Source: an uncultured Mageeibacillus sp.
GTDB taxonomy: Bacteria; Bacillota; Clostridia; Saccharofermentanales; DTU023
Direction of reading: 5' to 3'
NCBI GenBank assembly: GCA_964624395.1
Contig: CAZUWY010000002.1
Span: 1 to 51,257 of the forward strand
Length of the DNA stretch: 51,257 nt
The notes beneath the pieces are model-generated. The model saw only the letters and a program-made list of their open reading frames with translations, made no database searches and had not been told where the DNA came from. The translations under genes were made by a program, and so were the position numbers. Below, one piece after another: positions 1 through 9,524 of this stretch. Positions within the stretch are counted from its first letter, which is position 1, and each line of letters opens with the position of its first letter.

Positions 1-226
1 CCTCTCTTTAATACATCTATGTATTTAATCAAGCTAACTAAGTGTCAAAGACACGAAAATGCCGCCAAGGTGCCACAACCCTGACGGACAACAATATACA
101 AGGAGTGCTTGACTTTGCAATCTATCAGCTCGAGATAAATTTTTATATTGTTGACTGGAGTAAGTTTAGCTGTTAAAATTTATACGAGTTATCAGATATA
201 TATACTGTTCTGCTTCTCAGAAATAA

Positions 227-257
227 GCAATGGTCGGAACCCCTCCCGACCATTGCT
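227..257 (-). terminator. Hairpin downstream of alr; likely intrinsic terminator of the ornithine operon, possibly bidirectional
   Basis: Perfect 11-12 bp stem gcaatggtcgg / ccgaccattgc with an 8-nt loop. Followed on the minus strand by TATTTCT and on the plus strand by TGCATTTTA. Confidence 0.6.
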
Positions 258-312
258 GCATTTTATCCTAAATATCTAATTGTATTATATGCATACAAGC
301 GCATAATTCAGG

Positions 313-1482
313 CTATTCGTCAATATATACCCTCATCACTCTGGGCGAAACCGCACAAAACACCTCATAGGAGATGGTCTCAGCCTGTGCAGCCACACGT
401 TCTGCTGGAATGCCTCCGCTTTCATCGGCGCCAAAGATTAAAACTCTGTCCCCGGTTTTAGTTTCAGGTATATCGGTTATATCCACCATGCATCTGTCCA
501 TACAGATGCTGCCAACTACCGGAGCTTCCTTGCCATTGATCAAAAAAGAGGCTCGATTAGACAAAAGCCTATGCAGCCCATCGGCATAGCCGATAGGTAC
601 TACAGCCAGTTTGCTGGGGCGCTCTGCCCGCCAGCGCAGGCTGTAGCTGACACCGGTTTCAGGAGCAATCTCTCTTATCTGAACCACGCGAGAATAGAGA
701 TTCATGACAGGCCTCAGCGGCAGTATGCCTCTAAAGGTCTCTGTCGGATAAGAACCATACTGGGTTATACCTGGTCTCACCAGATCAAGCTGCATATCCG
801 GATAAAGAATCATAGCGGCACTGTTGCAGACATGGCGGTAGGTAAAGCTGATCCCTTTGGCCGCCAATTCCTGCTCCATTCTCTTATATGCTTTAAACTG
901 AAATCTGGCATAGGCGGGATCACTTTCAGCCGTGGCTAGATGGGTGTAAAGCCCTTCCAGTTCAAGCGCTTTCTCAGCTTTTAACAGAGCAATTTTAGCT
1001 GCGCTCTCCTTTAGATCTTCCGGCTGAGTGGAAAAGCCCAGTCTGGTCATGCCTGTATCCAGTTTAATATGAACCGTCAGCTTTTTATTTTGTTCACTGG
1101 CCTTTTTAGTATAGAGAAGGCCACTCTCAGCATCGATAACGGTCTGGATCAAATCATATTCGAGCAGATAGCCGGTTAGTTCAGGATCGGTATAGCCTAA
1201 AACCAGCAGGGGGATGTCCTTAATTCCCGCCTCACGCAAGGCCACCGCTTCTGAAAGGGCAGCGACCGCCAGCATAGCGGCTCCTTCTTCAACGGCCACC
1301 CGGCCGCACTGCACAGCTCCATGCCCATAGCCATCGGCTTTGATTACAGCCATAAAGCCGGTGCCAGGATCAAGGTATTCCCTATAGGCTCGGTAGTTAT
1401 GCCTCAGGGCAGACAGGTCAACTCTGGCATATGTTCGCTGCTGCAGCCATTCCTGTGATTTATAATCTTTATTTTCAACCAT
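313..1482 (-). CDS. alr: Alanine racemase (PLP-dependent)
   Basis: 389 aa. PLP-lysine motif AVIKADGYGHG near the N-terminus and a typical Alr C-terminal beta domain. ATG preceded by GAGAGGT. Confidence 0.9.
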   Translation of the reverse strand: MVENKDYKSQEWLQQRTYARVDLSALRHNYRAYREYLDPGTGFMAVIKADGYGHGAVQCGRVAVEEGAAMLAVAALSEAVALREAGIKDIPLLVLGYTDPELTGYLLEYDLIQTVIDAESGLLYTKKASEQNKKLTVHIKLDTGMTRLGFSTQPEDLKESAAKIALLKAEKALELEGLYTHLATAESDPAYARFQFKAYKRMEQELAAKGISFTYRHVCNSAAMILYPDMQLDLVRPGITQYGSYPTETFRGILPLRPVMNLYSRVVQIREIAPETGVSYSLRWRAERPSKLAVVPIGYADGLHRLLSNRASFLINGKEAPVVGSICMDRCMVDITDIPETKTGDRVLIFGADESGGIPAERVAAQAETISYEVFCAVSPRVMRVYIDE

Positions 1483-1519
1483 ATATACCTCTCGTCTTTA
1501 TACAGTCTGGTCTCCAGTA

Positions 1520-2581
1520 TTAAACCATCACCTTGCGCACATAAGGAGAAGTCATTGCTGCCAGCAGTGAACCGTAATCAACAGCGAAGGGGATGGTATC
1601 GCCAACTTTAATGTCTTTGACAGAGTTGCTGACATTGAGAATCATATGGTCGGATGAAGATCCCAGATGGTCGATTCCTGAAAGTCTCGGGGTTAGAGAT
1701 TCAGTGGGCAGATCCTGCCTGCCGATTGCCAGTATTGCCCGCCTGATCACACCAATATCCTCATAGACAGGGTATTCACCAAAGGCATTGGGGCCTTGCA
1801 GCCCGTAGGGAAGTGACGGCTTGCGGCGGCATTCAATCACCTCGGCCTCGAGGGTGAAGACATCATTGTAAAGATCAGCAACTCTCTTGTTATAGGAGGT
1901 TTCCGCTCCTAAAATCCAGGATTCGCCCAGGCGCAGATGGTTGATGCCCTCGGGCAGCTTGCCTTCTTCCATCAGATAGACGGAGCCTGAATTTCCTCCC
2001 GAAATTATCGGCAGCTCAATATTAAAACGGCCCTCAATGTCTCTGGCCAGAGAAACGAGCTCTTCCAGTTTGGGGCGATCGGGAATAATGCCGCCATAGC
2101 AGTTAAAATTGGCGCCGATTCCCACTAAATCAAGCCCTCTCAGATTAAGAACCTGACTGGCTGCTTCCGGCAGTTCATCCGGCATGAATCCTTCTCTCAG
2201 ATCGCCTAATTCAACCATTAAAATTACGCCATGCCTTTTGTCCAAGGCCACAGCAGCATCAGAGAGGGCAGCTAAAGTATCAATGTCGGAGTTGAGACTG
2301 GTATGAGAGATCCGGACGACATCTGCGGCTTCAGATTGCATGGGGATTCTCACCAAGAGATGGTTCTCACCCAGATCGCCGTATTTGACAATATTTTCCA
2401 AGCGAGAATCAGCCAGCAAAGTGGCGCCCGCCTCGACCATTGCTTCCACCATCGGCCTCATAGCACAAAAGACTTTGGTTACAAATTGAATTTGAACATT
2501 ATTTCTTTCCGCCAGCTTGAGCATACTAGATACATTGTGTTTGAGTTTCTGGCGATCAATATAAAGTGTTGGATTTTTCAT
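1520..2581 (-). CDS. orr: Ornithine racemase-like PLP enzyme (alanine-racemase fold)
   Basis: 353 aa, Alr-N-type TIM barrel with candidate PLP lysine in FVTKVFC. Sits next to oraE/oraS, as in described ornithine-fermentation clusters. Confidence 0.7.
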   Translation of the reverse strand: MKNPTLYIDRQKLKHNVSSMLKLAERNNVQIQFVTKVFCAMRPMVEAMVEAGATLLADSRLENIVKYGDLGENHLLVRIPMQSEAADVVRISHTSLNSDIDTLAALSDAAVALDKRHGVILMVELGDLREGFMPDELPEAASQVLNLRGLDLVGIGANFNCYGGIIPDRPKLEELVSLARDIEGRFNIELPIISGGNSGSVYLMEEGKLPEGINHLRLGESWILGAETSYNKRVADLYNDVFTLEAEVIECRRKPSLPYGLQGPNAFGEYPVYEDIGVIRRAILAIGRQDLPTESLTPRLSGIDHLGSSSDHMILNVSNSVKDIKVGDTIPFAVDYGSLLAAMTSPYVRKVMV

Positions 2582-2606
2582 AATTCCTCCTGGCAGAATT
2601 TTATTA

Positions 2607-3971
2607 TCATGGTCTTTCTTCCATGGATTTTTCCATTAAAATACTGGCAGCTTCCGGGTATTTGGTTGACAATACTCCTAAAGAAGCCATGATATAATCA
2701 TGATCTATTTTGACGACAGCTTCTGTCGTTGGATATAGTTCTCTCACCACATCCGAGACACGCAGACTCTCAAGAATCTCTTTATTGCGAGGCAGCCTGG
2801 TCAGCGCTCCGCCCGTGCCGATAATTGTTTTTACAGCTGTAAGATCTTTTCCCTGGGCAGTAATTTTTCTGCCATGGGCAGTATAAAGCTCGGTCATGAT
2901 ACCGGCATGCCTGTTCAAAGCTAGTTTACAGCAGGCTTTAGCCAGCCTTTCGACAAAATCTATCTCACCTGGCTCAGTTGGAATCTCCTTGCTGTTTTGC
3001 AGGTAATAATATCTATCGGGAAAGCTTTCTTCCAGTTCTCGTTCTGATAATTGTTCAATAATATTTTTGCGATTGACAAATACACCCAGATCTCCCTCAA
3101 CGGTCCGTTTGGCAAAAGGCTCAGGGGATCTTAAAATCATTTGAATGGCCTCGCTGCCATCTGTAACTGAATGCAGATCCGTGGTAGCACCGCCGACATC
3201 AAAAACAATCAGGTCGCTGAAAGTATCATAGGCCAGCTTGGCTGCCTGCATAACGGCACCCGGGGTCGGCATGATCGTGCTGTCAACCATCTCATGGATT
3301 TTTTCCATTCCAGGGGAATGGATGATATGCTTTTCGAATACATCCTGTATAACAACCCGTGTTGGCTCAACATTCAATTGATCAATGCAAGGATAGCAGT
3401 TTTCAACATAGAAGACCTCTGTGCCAAATTCTTCAGCTATCAGGCGTATTTCTGCATGGTTTTCGATATTGCCGGCATAGATGATCGGAATACCGGGAAC
3501 CTTTTCTGCAAGCATTTCAAAATTATAAAGAGCGGTATCTCGCTCACCATAATCGACACCACCGGCAATCAGAATAATATTGGGCGCAATTTCTTTCACT
3601 TTGGCAATATCAGTGCGCCGCATTTTCCCTGCGGTCACATGCCTGAGCACGGCACCTGAGCCAAGAGCCGCCTCTCTGGCTGCTCTGACGGTCATATCAT
3701 AAACCAGGCCGTGAACAGTCATTGACAGGCCGCCGGCAGCTGAACTGGAGGCAAACATATGATCCCAGCTCAGTTCTTTGCTACCAAGCTGGACCTTAAG
3801 ATCCTCAATAGCCTCTTTTAAGCCGATGGTAACATCACCTTTAGCAACAGAAGTAGGCGCTACGCCCTGTCCTATAAGGGCAGGGCTAGCGCTCTTTAAA
3901 TCTTTAAATGCATTGACTGCTGTTGTGGTGCTGCCAATTTCGGCTACCAGAACATCAACCTTCATCTCCAC
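2607..3971 (-). CDS. MutL/GlmL-family ATPase, putative B12-aminomutase reactivase or chaperone
   Basis: 454 aa. N-terminal ASKHA-like LVAEIGSTTT and a second DVGGATTD phosphate motif. Overlaps the oraE stop. The start is either GTG at 3971 or ATG at 3965. Confidence 0.6.
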   Translation of the reverse strand: MEMKVDVLVAEIGSTTTAVNAFKDLKSASPALIGQGVAPTSVAKGDVTIGLKEAIEDLKVQLGSKELSWDHMFASSSAAGGLSMTVHGLVYDMTVRAAREAALGSGAVLRHVTAGKMRRTDIAKVKEIAPNIILIAGGVDYGERDTALYNFEMLAEKVPGIPIIYAGNIENHAEIRLIAEEFGTEVFYVENCYPCIDQLNVEPTRVVIQDVFEKHIIHSPGMEKIHEMVDSTIMPTPGAVMQAAKLAYDTFSDLIVFDVGGATTDLHSVTDGSEAIQMILRSPEPFAKRTVEGDLGVFVNRKNIIEQLSERELEESFPDRYYYLQNSKEIPTEPGEIDFVERLAKACCKLALNRHAGIMTELYTAHGRKITAQGKDLTAVKTIIGTGGALTRLPRNKEILESLRVSDVVRELYPTTEAVVKIDHDYIMASLGVLSTKYPEAASILMEKSMEERP

Positions 3972-6207
3972 TCATCTCTCTACGTTTTTTCACTAGGAAG
4001 CTGGCAAGATCAATTCCCTTTGTTCCGCGACCAAAGCCGGCATCAACACCTGCCTTGAGTGCTTCTTCATTGGTGACTTGCGTGCCGCCGCCGACCAGAA
4101 TCATTTTGTCCCTGATGCCCTTTTCAACACAGGTGTCATGCAGTTTCTTCATATTCTGATAATGGATATCGTTATGTGAAATAATTGTAGAGCAAAGAAT
4201 CGCATCCGCATTAGTTTCAATGGCAGCATCCACCAGCTTATCAATCGGTACTGATGTGCCGAGATAGTGGTATTTGATGCCAAATCCTTCAATACCGCCA
4301 TGCTTGATGTCGAGTATTTCCTTCAGGCCAACGGAGTGCTCATCTTCGCCAACGGTGCCGGCAACAACTGTCATGGCCTTGCCCTGGACATCCTCCCTGA
4401 TTTCCTTTTCCGACAAGGTTTCAATCTTTTCGGGAATAATCAGTGAATCAAGATCGATGTCAAAGTCTACGATGCCCTTCATTTCAATATATGTGCCTTC
4501 AGCTGGATGCATTACCTGCTTGTGGATCACAGTACATTCTTTGAGGCCCAGCTTTTCGCCCAATGCGATGGCTGCAAACTCAGCTCTTCTCTCATCGGTG
4601 GGCAGCATCAGGGTCAAGACTACGACGCCGTCGGAACGGAATTCAACTTCCGGACGGACCAGATTAGGATGCTTGTCATATTTGTCCAGCTCATCCAGTC
4701 TGACATTGACATTATCGTTTTCGTCCAGCTCATCGATGAATTGAATCTTGCTGGGATCAGAGAAGGTATCTCCACCGATAGCATCTTCTGCCTTCTTGAA
4801 TTCTGCCGGTACATTGTTGTAGCCAAAGTGGGCGCTGACGGGTGCAAAATAGTCTTCATCTCTCTTATAGACTGCACCTACGCCGATACCACCGTCTAGC
4901 TCACGGGCAATACCGTCATTATGGCGCTCGGGATATTCAGCTGAGTCAACAAAGAATCCTTGTTCAACCGCATCATAATAGCCGCCAACTTCAAGAATCT
5001 CTTCCATGAAGAGAATGGCTCTTTCTTTCAGCTCGCGTACAGTTTCGCCCAGAGGACCATCGCGATTAATATCTACCATAGTGCGCAGGCCGTCCATGCC
5101 GGTCAGTGCCTGACGGGCGGTATTGGTTGCATTGACATTAAAATAATGCCAGGGCACATTACGGCCTTCATCAGGTGTGATGGTGGACTGAATATCTGCT
5201 GAGGTCAGGCGTGAGATCATCATATTGAGTGTATGTGTGACTGTAGCCTCACGGGTTTCTGACTCCATATATTTGGTGTTCTGCTGTGCACGGATCTTGT
5301 ATTTGCGGAAGAAATCGCGCAAAGCAACTGCGTAAGGCAGGTCAAGCCTCATACAGGGTGCGGGCGGAGCTGTGGGCGGAACACTGGAGAGGGCAATATT
5401 TTCCGGCAGGATGCCGCATCTCTCCGAGAAGATGGTATTGATAGCATGCTGAACAATGAGTTCAGGCATAACCTTCCAGGCTTCCATCGCTGTGGCGTTG
5501 GCATTATGGGCGCCATCAATCTGGACCATGCCGCCATAAGCCAGGATGCTCTTGCTTTCGCAGGCATCAATAAAGCTGCGGCGCATATTGATATTGCGGT
5601 AGAGCACATTGTACTGGGGATCCTGGTGAACACCGGATACGCCCTCTTCAACAAACATAACGGCAATATCTGGACCGGCAACACCTGATACATAGGAGTG
5701 GAAATTGATCGGGCGACCAACTTCATCTTCAATCAGATCAAGTGCACGTCTGGTAGCACGACATTGCTTACGTGTAACAGCAATACCGCCTATGCCCTGA
5801 GTTGTTCCCTCCAGCAGGGAGTCAATATGCGATTGACCAGCTGTTCTAATAACCATAATATGGTCAGCTCCCTGCCAGGCGCACATACGCATGCGGCGGA
5901 TATCATCCTCAAAGCGACCGGAAGCTATCTCTGTTGTAATTACACAGTCAGGCTGCGGGTCAATATGGCCAAAGCCACGGCTGCCCGGCAGCGGTACTGA
6001 ATTCTTCAATGATTCAGAGGTTTCAAGATAGACGAAATCTCCAATTTTTCTTTCAACATTTCTGTTGTCGCGCCAATGCCACGGGCGTCTGGGTGAAACA
6101 TAATCTTCCAGACCATCGAGAATCTCTCTTAAATCAATCTTTTTATTGGGATCGAGTTTAATATTGGTCTCCCTTGCGGGCACTAGCTTTTTATTATCCT
6201 TACTCAT
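3955..6207 (-). CDS. oraE: D-ornithine 4,5-aminomutase large (beta) subunit, B12- and PLP-dependent
   Basis: 750 aa. C-terminal cobalamin-binding Rossmann domain with base-off DxHxxG motif (GEDEHSVG). Strong RBS GAGGAGG. ATGA overlap with oraS. Confidence 0.85.
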   Translation of the reverse strand: MSKDNKKLVPARETNIKLDPNKKIDLREILDGLEDYVSPRRPWHWRDNRNVERKIGDFVYLETSESLKNSVPLPGSRGFGHIDPQPDCVITTEIASGRFEDDIRRMRMCAWQGADHIMVIRTAGQSHIDSLLEGTTQGIGGIAVTRKQCRATRRALDLIEDEVGRPINFHSYVSGVAGPDIAVMFVEEGVSGVHQDPQYNVLYRNINMRRSFIDACESKSILAYGGMVQIDGAHNANATAMEAWKVMPELIVQHAINTIFSERCGILPENIALSSVPPTAPPAPCMRLDLPYAVALRDFFRKYKIRAQQNTKYMESETREATVTHTLNMMISRLTSADIQSTITPDEGRNVPWHYFNVNATNTARQALTGMDGLRTMVDINRDGPLGETVRELKERAILFMEEILEVGGYYDAVEQGFFVDSAEYPERHNDGIARELDGGIGVGAVYKRDEDYFAPVSAHFGYNNVPAEFKKAEDAIGGDTFSDPSKIQFIDELDENDNVNVRLDELDKYDKHPNLVRPEVEFRSDGVVVLTLMLPTDERRAEFAAIALGEKLGLKECTVIHKQVMHPAEGTYIEMKGIVDFDIDLDSLIIPEKIETLSEKEIREDVQGKAMTVVAGTVGEDEHSVGLKEILDIKHGGIEGFGIKYHYLGTSVPIDKLVDAAIETNADAILCSTIISHNDIHYQNMKKLHDTCVEKGIRDKMILVGGGTQVTNEEALKAGVDAGFGRGTKGIDLASFLVKKRREMSGDEG

Positions 6208-6569
6208 TGTGCCACCTCCTCAAACAGGCCAGCGACACTGTCCCAGTACTTACCATTGGCAAGACCGACTCCTACTTCTCTGTAGGGCAGATCAAGCTTT
6301 TTGCTCAATCTCCAGATAACATTGCCGCAACCTTTGCCCATCAGACCTCTCTCCATCACGCCGTTAACAATCGGGGCAGCCTCAAGGCTGGAAAATCCCA
6401 TGCGCAAAAGAATACTGCGCTCGACTGCAGGTGTGGTGTATTCGCGGCCTTCTTGTACCATCGGCTCAACAACTTTTTCAGTCAACTCCCAGAAATATTG
6501 ATAGAGTTCTTCATCAGTCTTGTTGGCAAGATGTTGGCGGCGTTCCTCAAAACTTTTCCTTTCTGCCAT
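6204..6569 (-). CDS. oraS: D-ornithine 4,5-aminomutase small (alpha) subunit
   Basis: 121 aa, immediately upstream of and overlapping oraE. Size and position match OraS. Confidence 0.75.
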   Translation of the reverse strand: MAERKSFEERRQHLANKTDEELYQYFWELTEKVVEPMVQEGREYTTPAVERSILLRMGFSSLEAAPIVNGVMERGLMGKGCGNVIWRLSKKLDLPYREVGVGLANGKYWDSVAGLFEEVAQ

Positions 6570-6613
6570 TTCGTACTTCCTTTCTCTTTATAAAACTATG
6601 GATCAAAAGAGGG

Positions 6614-6643
6614 GAAGAAGCCTGGCCTAAACCAGGCTTCTTC
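6614..6643 (-). terminator. Intra-operon hairpin between ortB and oraS (partial terminator or RNA-stability element)
   Basis: Perfect 12-bp stem gaagaagcctgg / ccaggcttcttc with a 6-nt loop. On the minus strand it is followed by CCCTCTTTTGA. Confidence 0.5.
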
Positions 6644-6658
6644 TCTTAAATAAATTAA

Positions 6659-8065
6659 TTAGCCAAGATCTTCAAGAATTTCTTTAACCTTGTCAACTGT
6701 GCAATTGGCTTCCTCTGCCATATAAGCCAGTTCAGCATCAGAATACTCTCTGTCTTCAGTAGCAATATTCCTGATAGCAGAACGGCGCAGACGATCCATG
6801 TCGAAATAGCGCAGTTTAATCTTGGTGGGGTCACTGGGCAGGATAATATTCTTGCCGGGAACCTCATCTTCAGGATCGCCAAACAAGATCTCGACGCCGT
6901 TGGTTCTGGCAAAGGTCAGCTGGGGCATCGGATGCTTGCCTGCACCGGTGTACTCAGTCTCCTGCACAACAATGACTTCATCTTCAGGCAAGGTAGCTGC
7001 TAGTGCAATAGCTGCTGCCAGAGATGTGTTGCCTGCCGGTCCTCTCTCGATTCCTTCGAGTGAGGCAAGCATTTCTGTTGTATAGAAAACCTCTCCCTGT
7101 CTTACGATCAAATACTCATCGATATAGCGCAGGGGACGGGCGGCGTTGCGCGGAACATCACATCTGTCGGGCAGGGTTGTGAAGGGAATTCCGAAACCGG
7201 TATGGCCAGTGGTAAAGGATTTACGGTTGAAATCCTTATCTGATGCCATATGGAGGCCGGAGAGGTCAACAGAAGCTGCATAAACCTTGGTGTCATTGGC
7301 ACCGGCTTGTCTCAAGCCTCTGGCTGTTCCGGTCAGGTTTCCACCACCGGCATTGGTGACGAGTACATACTCGGGATCTTTGCCGATAAGCTCACGGCAC
7401 TGGTGGGCAATCTCCCAGCCGAGTGTCTCAACGCCTCTGATTGCCTGCGGCACATAAAGCGAAGCATTGTAAAAACCTGTTTCTTCGAGCAGACGCAGAT
7501 CTTCATAGAAGAGCTCCGGTCCAACTGTCAGCTGAACAACTTCAGCGCCCAGGGCTTCACAGGCACGCTGTTTTTCCAGAATCTCCGGCTGGCCGACAAA
7601 ATTGCTGTCATAGCATTCTTGCACGATGATGCATTTGAGGCCTGCTTTGGCTGCCATACAGGCAACAGCAGCACCGTAGTTGCCACTGGTGGCGGCAATA
7701 ACACCCTTATAACCGAGCTTTTTTGCCTCATGAACTGCCAGAGCGGCACGACGGGCTTTAAAGCTGCCTGAAGGATTGGTGGCTTCGTCCTTGACGAAAA
7801 TACGGGCGCCTTTACCGGGACCACCCAGCTTGGCTGCCAGGGCAGTAATGTTTTTCAGCTCCAGAAGCGGAGTGTTGCCGACTTCCATGCCTTTCTGAAT
7901 AGCGATCAGATCTTCCATGGAATAGCCGACATCTGCCATCAATTTCTCGTAGTCAAAAGCTACACCTTCAAGTTCATATTTGTCGTAATCAATCTGTACG
8001 GCACCGAGCATAATTTCACTGCGGCGGCCCATGACTCCGGCATAAGACATGTCTTTTTTTGTCAT
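6659..8065 (-). CDS. ortB: 2-amino-4-oxopentanoate thiolase beta subunit (PLP, tryptophan-synthase-beta fold)
   Basis: 468 aa. Fold-type II PLP motif NPSGSFKARRA and glycine loop TNAGGGN. The start overlaps the upstream stop (TAATG). Confidence 0.8.
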   Translation of the reverse strand: MTKKDMSYAGVMGRRSEIMLGAVQIDYDKYELEGVAFDYEKLMADVGYSMEDLIAIQKGMEVGNTPLLELKNITALAAKLGGPGKGARIFVKDEATNPSGSFKARRAALAVHEAKKLGYKGVIAATSGNYGAAVACMAAKAGLKCIIVQECYDSNFVGQPEILEKQRACEALGAEVVQLTVGPELFYEDLRLLEETGFYNASLYVPQAIRGVETLGWEIAHQCRELIGKDPEYVLVTNAGGGNLTGTARGLRQAGANDTKVYAASVDLSGLHMASDKDFNRKSFTTGHTGFGIPFTTLPDRCDVPRNAARPLRYIDEYLIVRQGEVFYTTEMLASLEGIERGPAGNTSLAAAIALAATLPEDEVIVVQETEYTGAGKHPMPQLTFARTNGVEILFGDPEDEVPGKNIILPSDPTKIKLRYFDMDRLRRSAIRNIATEDREYSDAELAYMAEEANCTVDKVKEILEDLG

Positions 8066-9438
8066 TATTCATCTTCTCCTTCAAATACATATTCTCTTAC
8101 TTTGTGATGTACATCCATCAGCTCCGGCACCACTTTGCCATAATTATGGGTCGGGGAGGTGTCGCGGGCGGATAGGATACCCTTAACTTCGCGTCCAATG
8201 ACAGTCTTAATTGTGACCAGATCGCCAGCATCAGCGGTCTCGTCCTGCAGATAGCCCTTGTAAAGAGCAATCAATGCTACTTCCTTGGTGTCTTCCGGTA
8301 CCTGAGGTGCTCTCTTCTCTGGCGGCAAAATCTCAACTTCGACAACCACATAGTCGCCCTTCTTGAAACCAACACCAGCAAAGCGGTCTGTTATGAGCTG
8401 ATCGCGGAAATCGCCGACGATGCAGCGCGGAACAGGAAGATCCAGCATGGTCTTCAGACCGGGAGAGGCGGTGAGAACATGCGGAATCATATTTACGCAG
8501 ACAGCGATTGTTCCGATTCCACCTGGTGTCTCAGGCTTAATCTGCATGCTCAGATCGTAGTCACCGGTATGAATTGTGATATAGTCGCCTGTATCAATGT
8601 TTTCCAGCTCAGGACGGATCTGTTGCGGATGGTCAAGATGGATAAAGGTCTTGCCATCAGCTGTGCGGCCAAATACCTGCTGACGAACGCCGGCAAGATT
8701 GCCTTTCTTGGCTTCGCCATATTTGGACTTGCGGTCTACATTGGTGATGATCGGATCTTTTGTGATTTCAGACTCAACAACTTCAACGCCCATACCACCA
8801 GCAACCATGCCGACAGACTCGGGGAAGCCAACGTGGCCTGCCAGATCATCAGCAGCCATGCGGCGTTCGAATTCCTCGATGGAAATGCCAACACCTTGCT
8901 CATGCATAACAGCAGCGCCAAAGGGAGCCAGGTCGTTAACTCTGGCTGCTTCAATAGACTCCACTGTCTCGCAGGTGCCTGTCAAAGCCAGAATCAAATA
9001 GTCAAGAACAAAGCCGGGGTTGATTCCGGTTCCGAGAACGGAAACGCCTTGTGCCTTGGCTTGCTTATCGATTTCTTTGGCCATCTCAGGCTGCTGCGCC
9101 TGCGGCCATGCCATTTCCTCAGCTGTGGAAATAATGTCGATGCCGCATTCGATACAGTAGAGCAATTTGTCATACTGAGCAGCGGTGAAGCTGTCTGTTG
9201 CCAGGATTGCGATATCGCAGCTGCCTGGATAGAATACTGCCTTCTCATCAGATGTAACAACAACTTCCGGACGGTCGCCTCTCTCAAGTTCGAGCAGCTC
9301 ATACATGTCTTTTCCAACAATCTCGTCCCATTTGTCGCAGACACCAGTTACAACGATGCCCTTCTTGTTTGCGATCATTTTGGCGATTCCACTGCCCATG
9401 GCACCGAAGCCCCAAATTCCAACTCTGATTTCTTGCAT
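8065..9438 (-). CDS. ord: Fusion protein: 2,4-diaminopentanoate dehydrogenase (aa 1 to ~345) plus an OrtA-like thiolase alpha-subunit module (aa ~355-457)
   Basis: 457 aa. N-terminal Rossmann IWGFGAMGSGIAKM. The C-terminal ~100 aa carry the OrtA-type pattern PEKRAPQVPEDTKEV...GDLVTIKT..GR...G......HNYGKVVPEL. No separate ortA ORF is present in the cluster. Confidence 0.75.
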   Translation of the reverse strand: MQEIRVGIWGFGAMGSGIAKMIANKKGIVVTGVCDKWDEIVGKDMYELLELERGDRPEVVVTSDEKAVFYPGSCDIAILATDSFTAAQYDKLLYCIECGIDIISTAEEMAWPQAQQPEMAKEIDKQAKAQGVSVLGTGINPGFVLDYLILALTGTCETVESIEAARVNDLAPFGAAVMHEQGVGISIEEFERRMAADDLAGHVGFPESVGMVAGGMGVEVVESEITKDPIITNVDRKSKYGEAKKGNLAGVRQQVFGRTADGKTFIHLDHPQQIRPELENIDTGDYITIHTGDYDLSMQIKPETPGGIGTIAVCVNMIPHVLTASPGLKTMLDLPVPRCIVGDFRDQLITDRFAGVGFKKGDYVVVEVEILPPEKRAPQVPEDTKEVALIALYKGYLQDETADAGDLVTIKTVIGREVKGILSARDTSPTHNYGKVVPELMDVHHKVREYVFEGEDE

Positions 9439-9524
9439 AATTTTCCTCCTTATATTTACGTTCTTTAATATCTGTCAATATTCAGATATATATACATTTT
9501 TATCAGGAAATTGCTGTGCTGATC

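Noticed and set aside
192-205. Identical 14-mer TCAGATATATATAC at 192-205 and 9482-9495, both flanking the ornithine operon. A related (TA)n tract lies at ~31201-31215.
   Set aside because: The sequence is low-complexity (TA)n. A few 14-nt coincidences are expected by chance in 51 kb of AT-rich intergenic DNA. There is no extended flanking similarity that would indicate a repeat element or operon-border motif.
60-226. Possible T-box or purine riboswitch in the minus-strand leader at the left edge.
   Set aside because: The conserved T-box sequence (AANNNGGGTGGTACCGCG) and the purine-aptamer core are not present. The region is AT-rich with little predicted structure apart from one hairpin.
8479-9468. 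Long plus-strand ORF (329 aa) antisense to ord. Similar long antisense ORFs occur at 34268-34882 (Ser/Leu-rich, antisense to clpC), 46106-46738 (antisense to murA), 41257-41799 (antisense to mfd), 7250-7771 and 3171-3659.
   Set aside because: All lie fully inside well-supported minus-strand genes. They have low-complexity or biased composition, no RBS and no recognisable motifs. These are typical shadow ORFs produced by the codon bias of the real gene.
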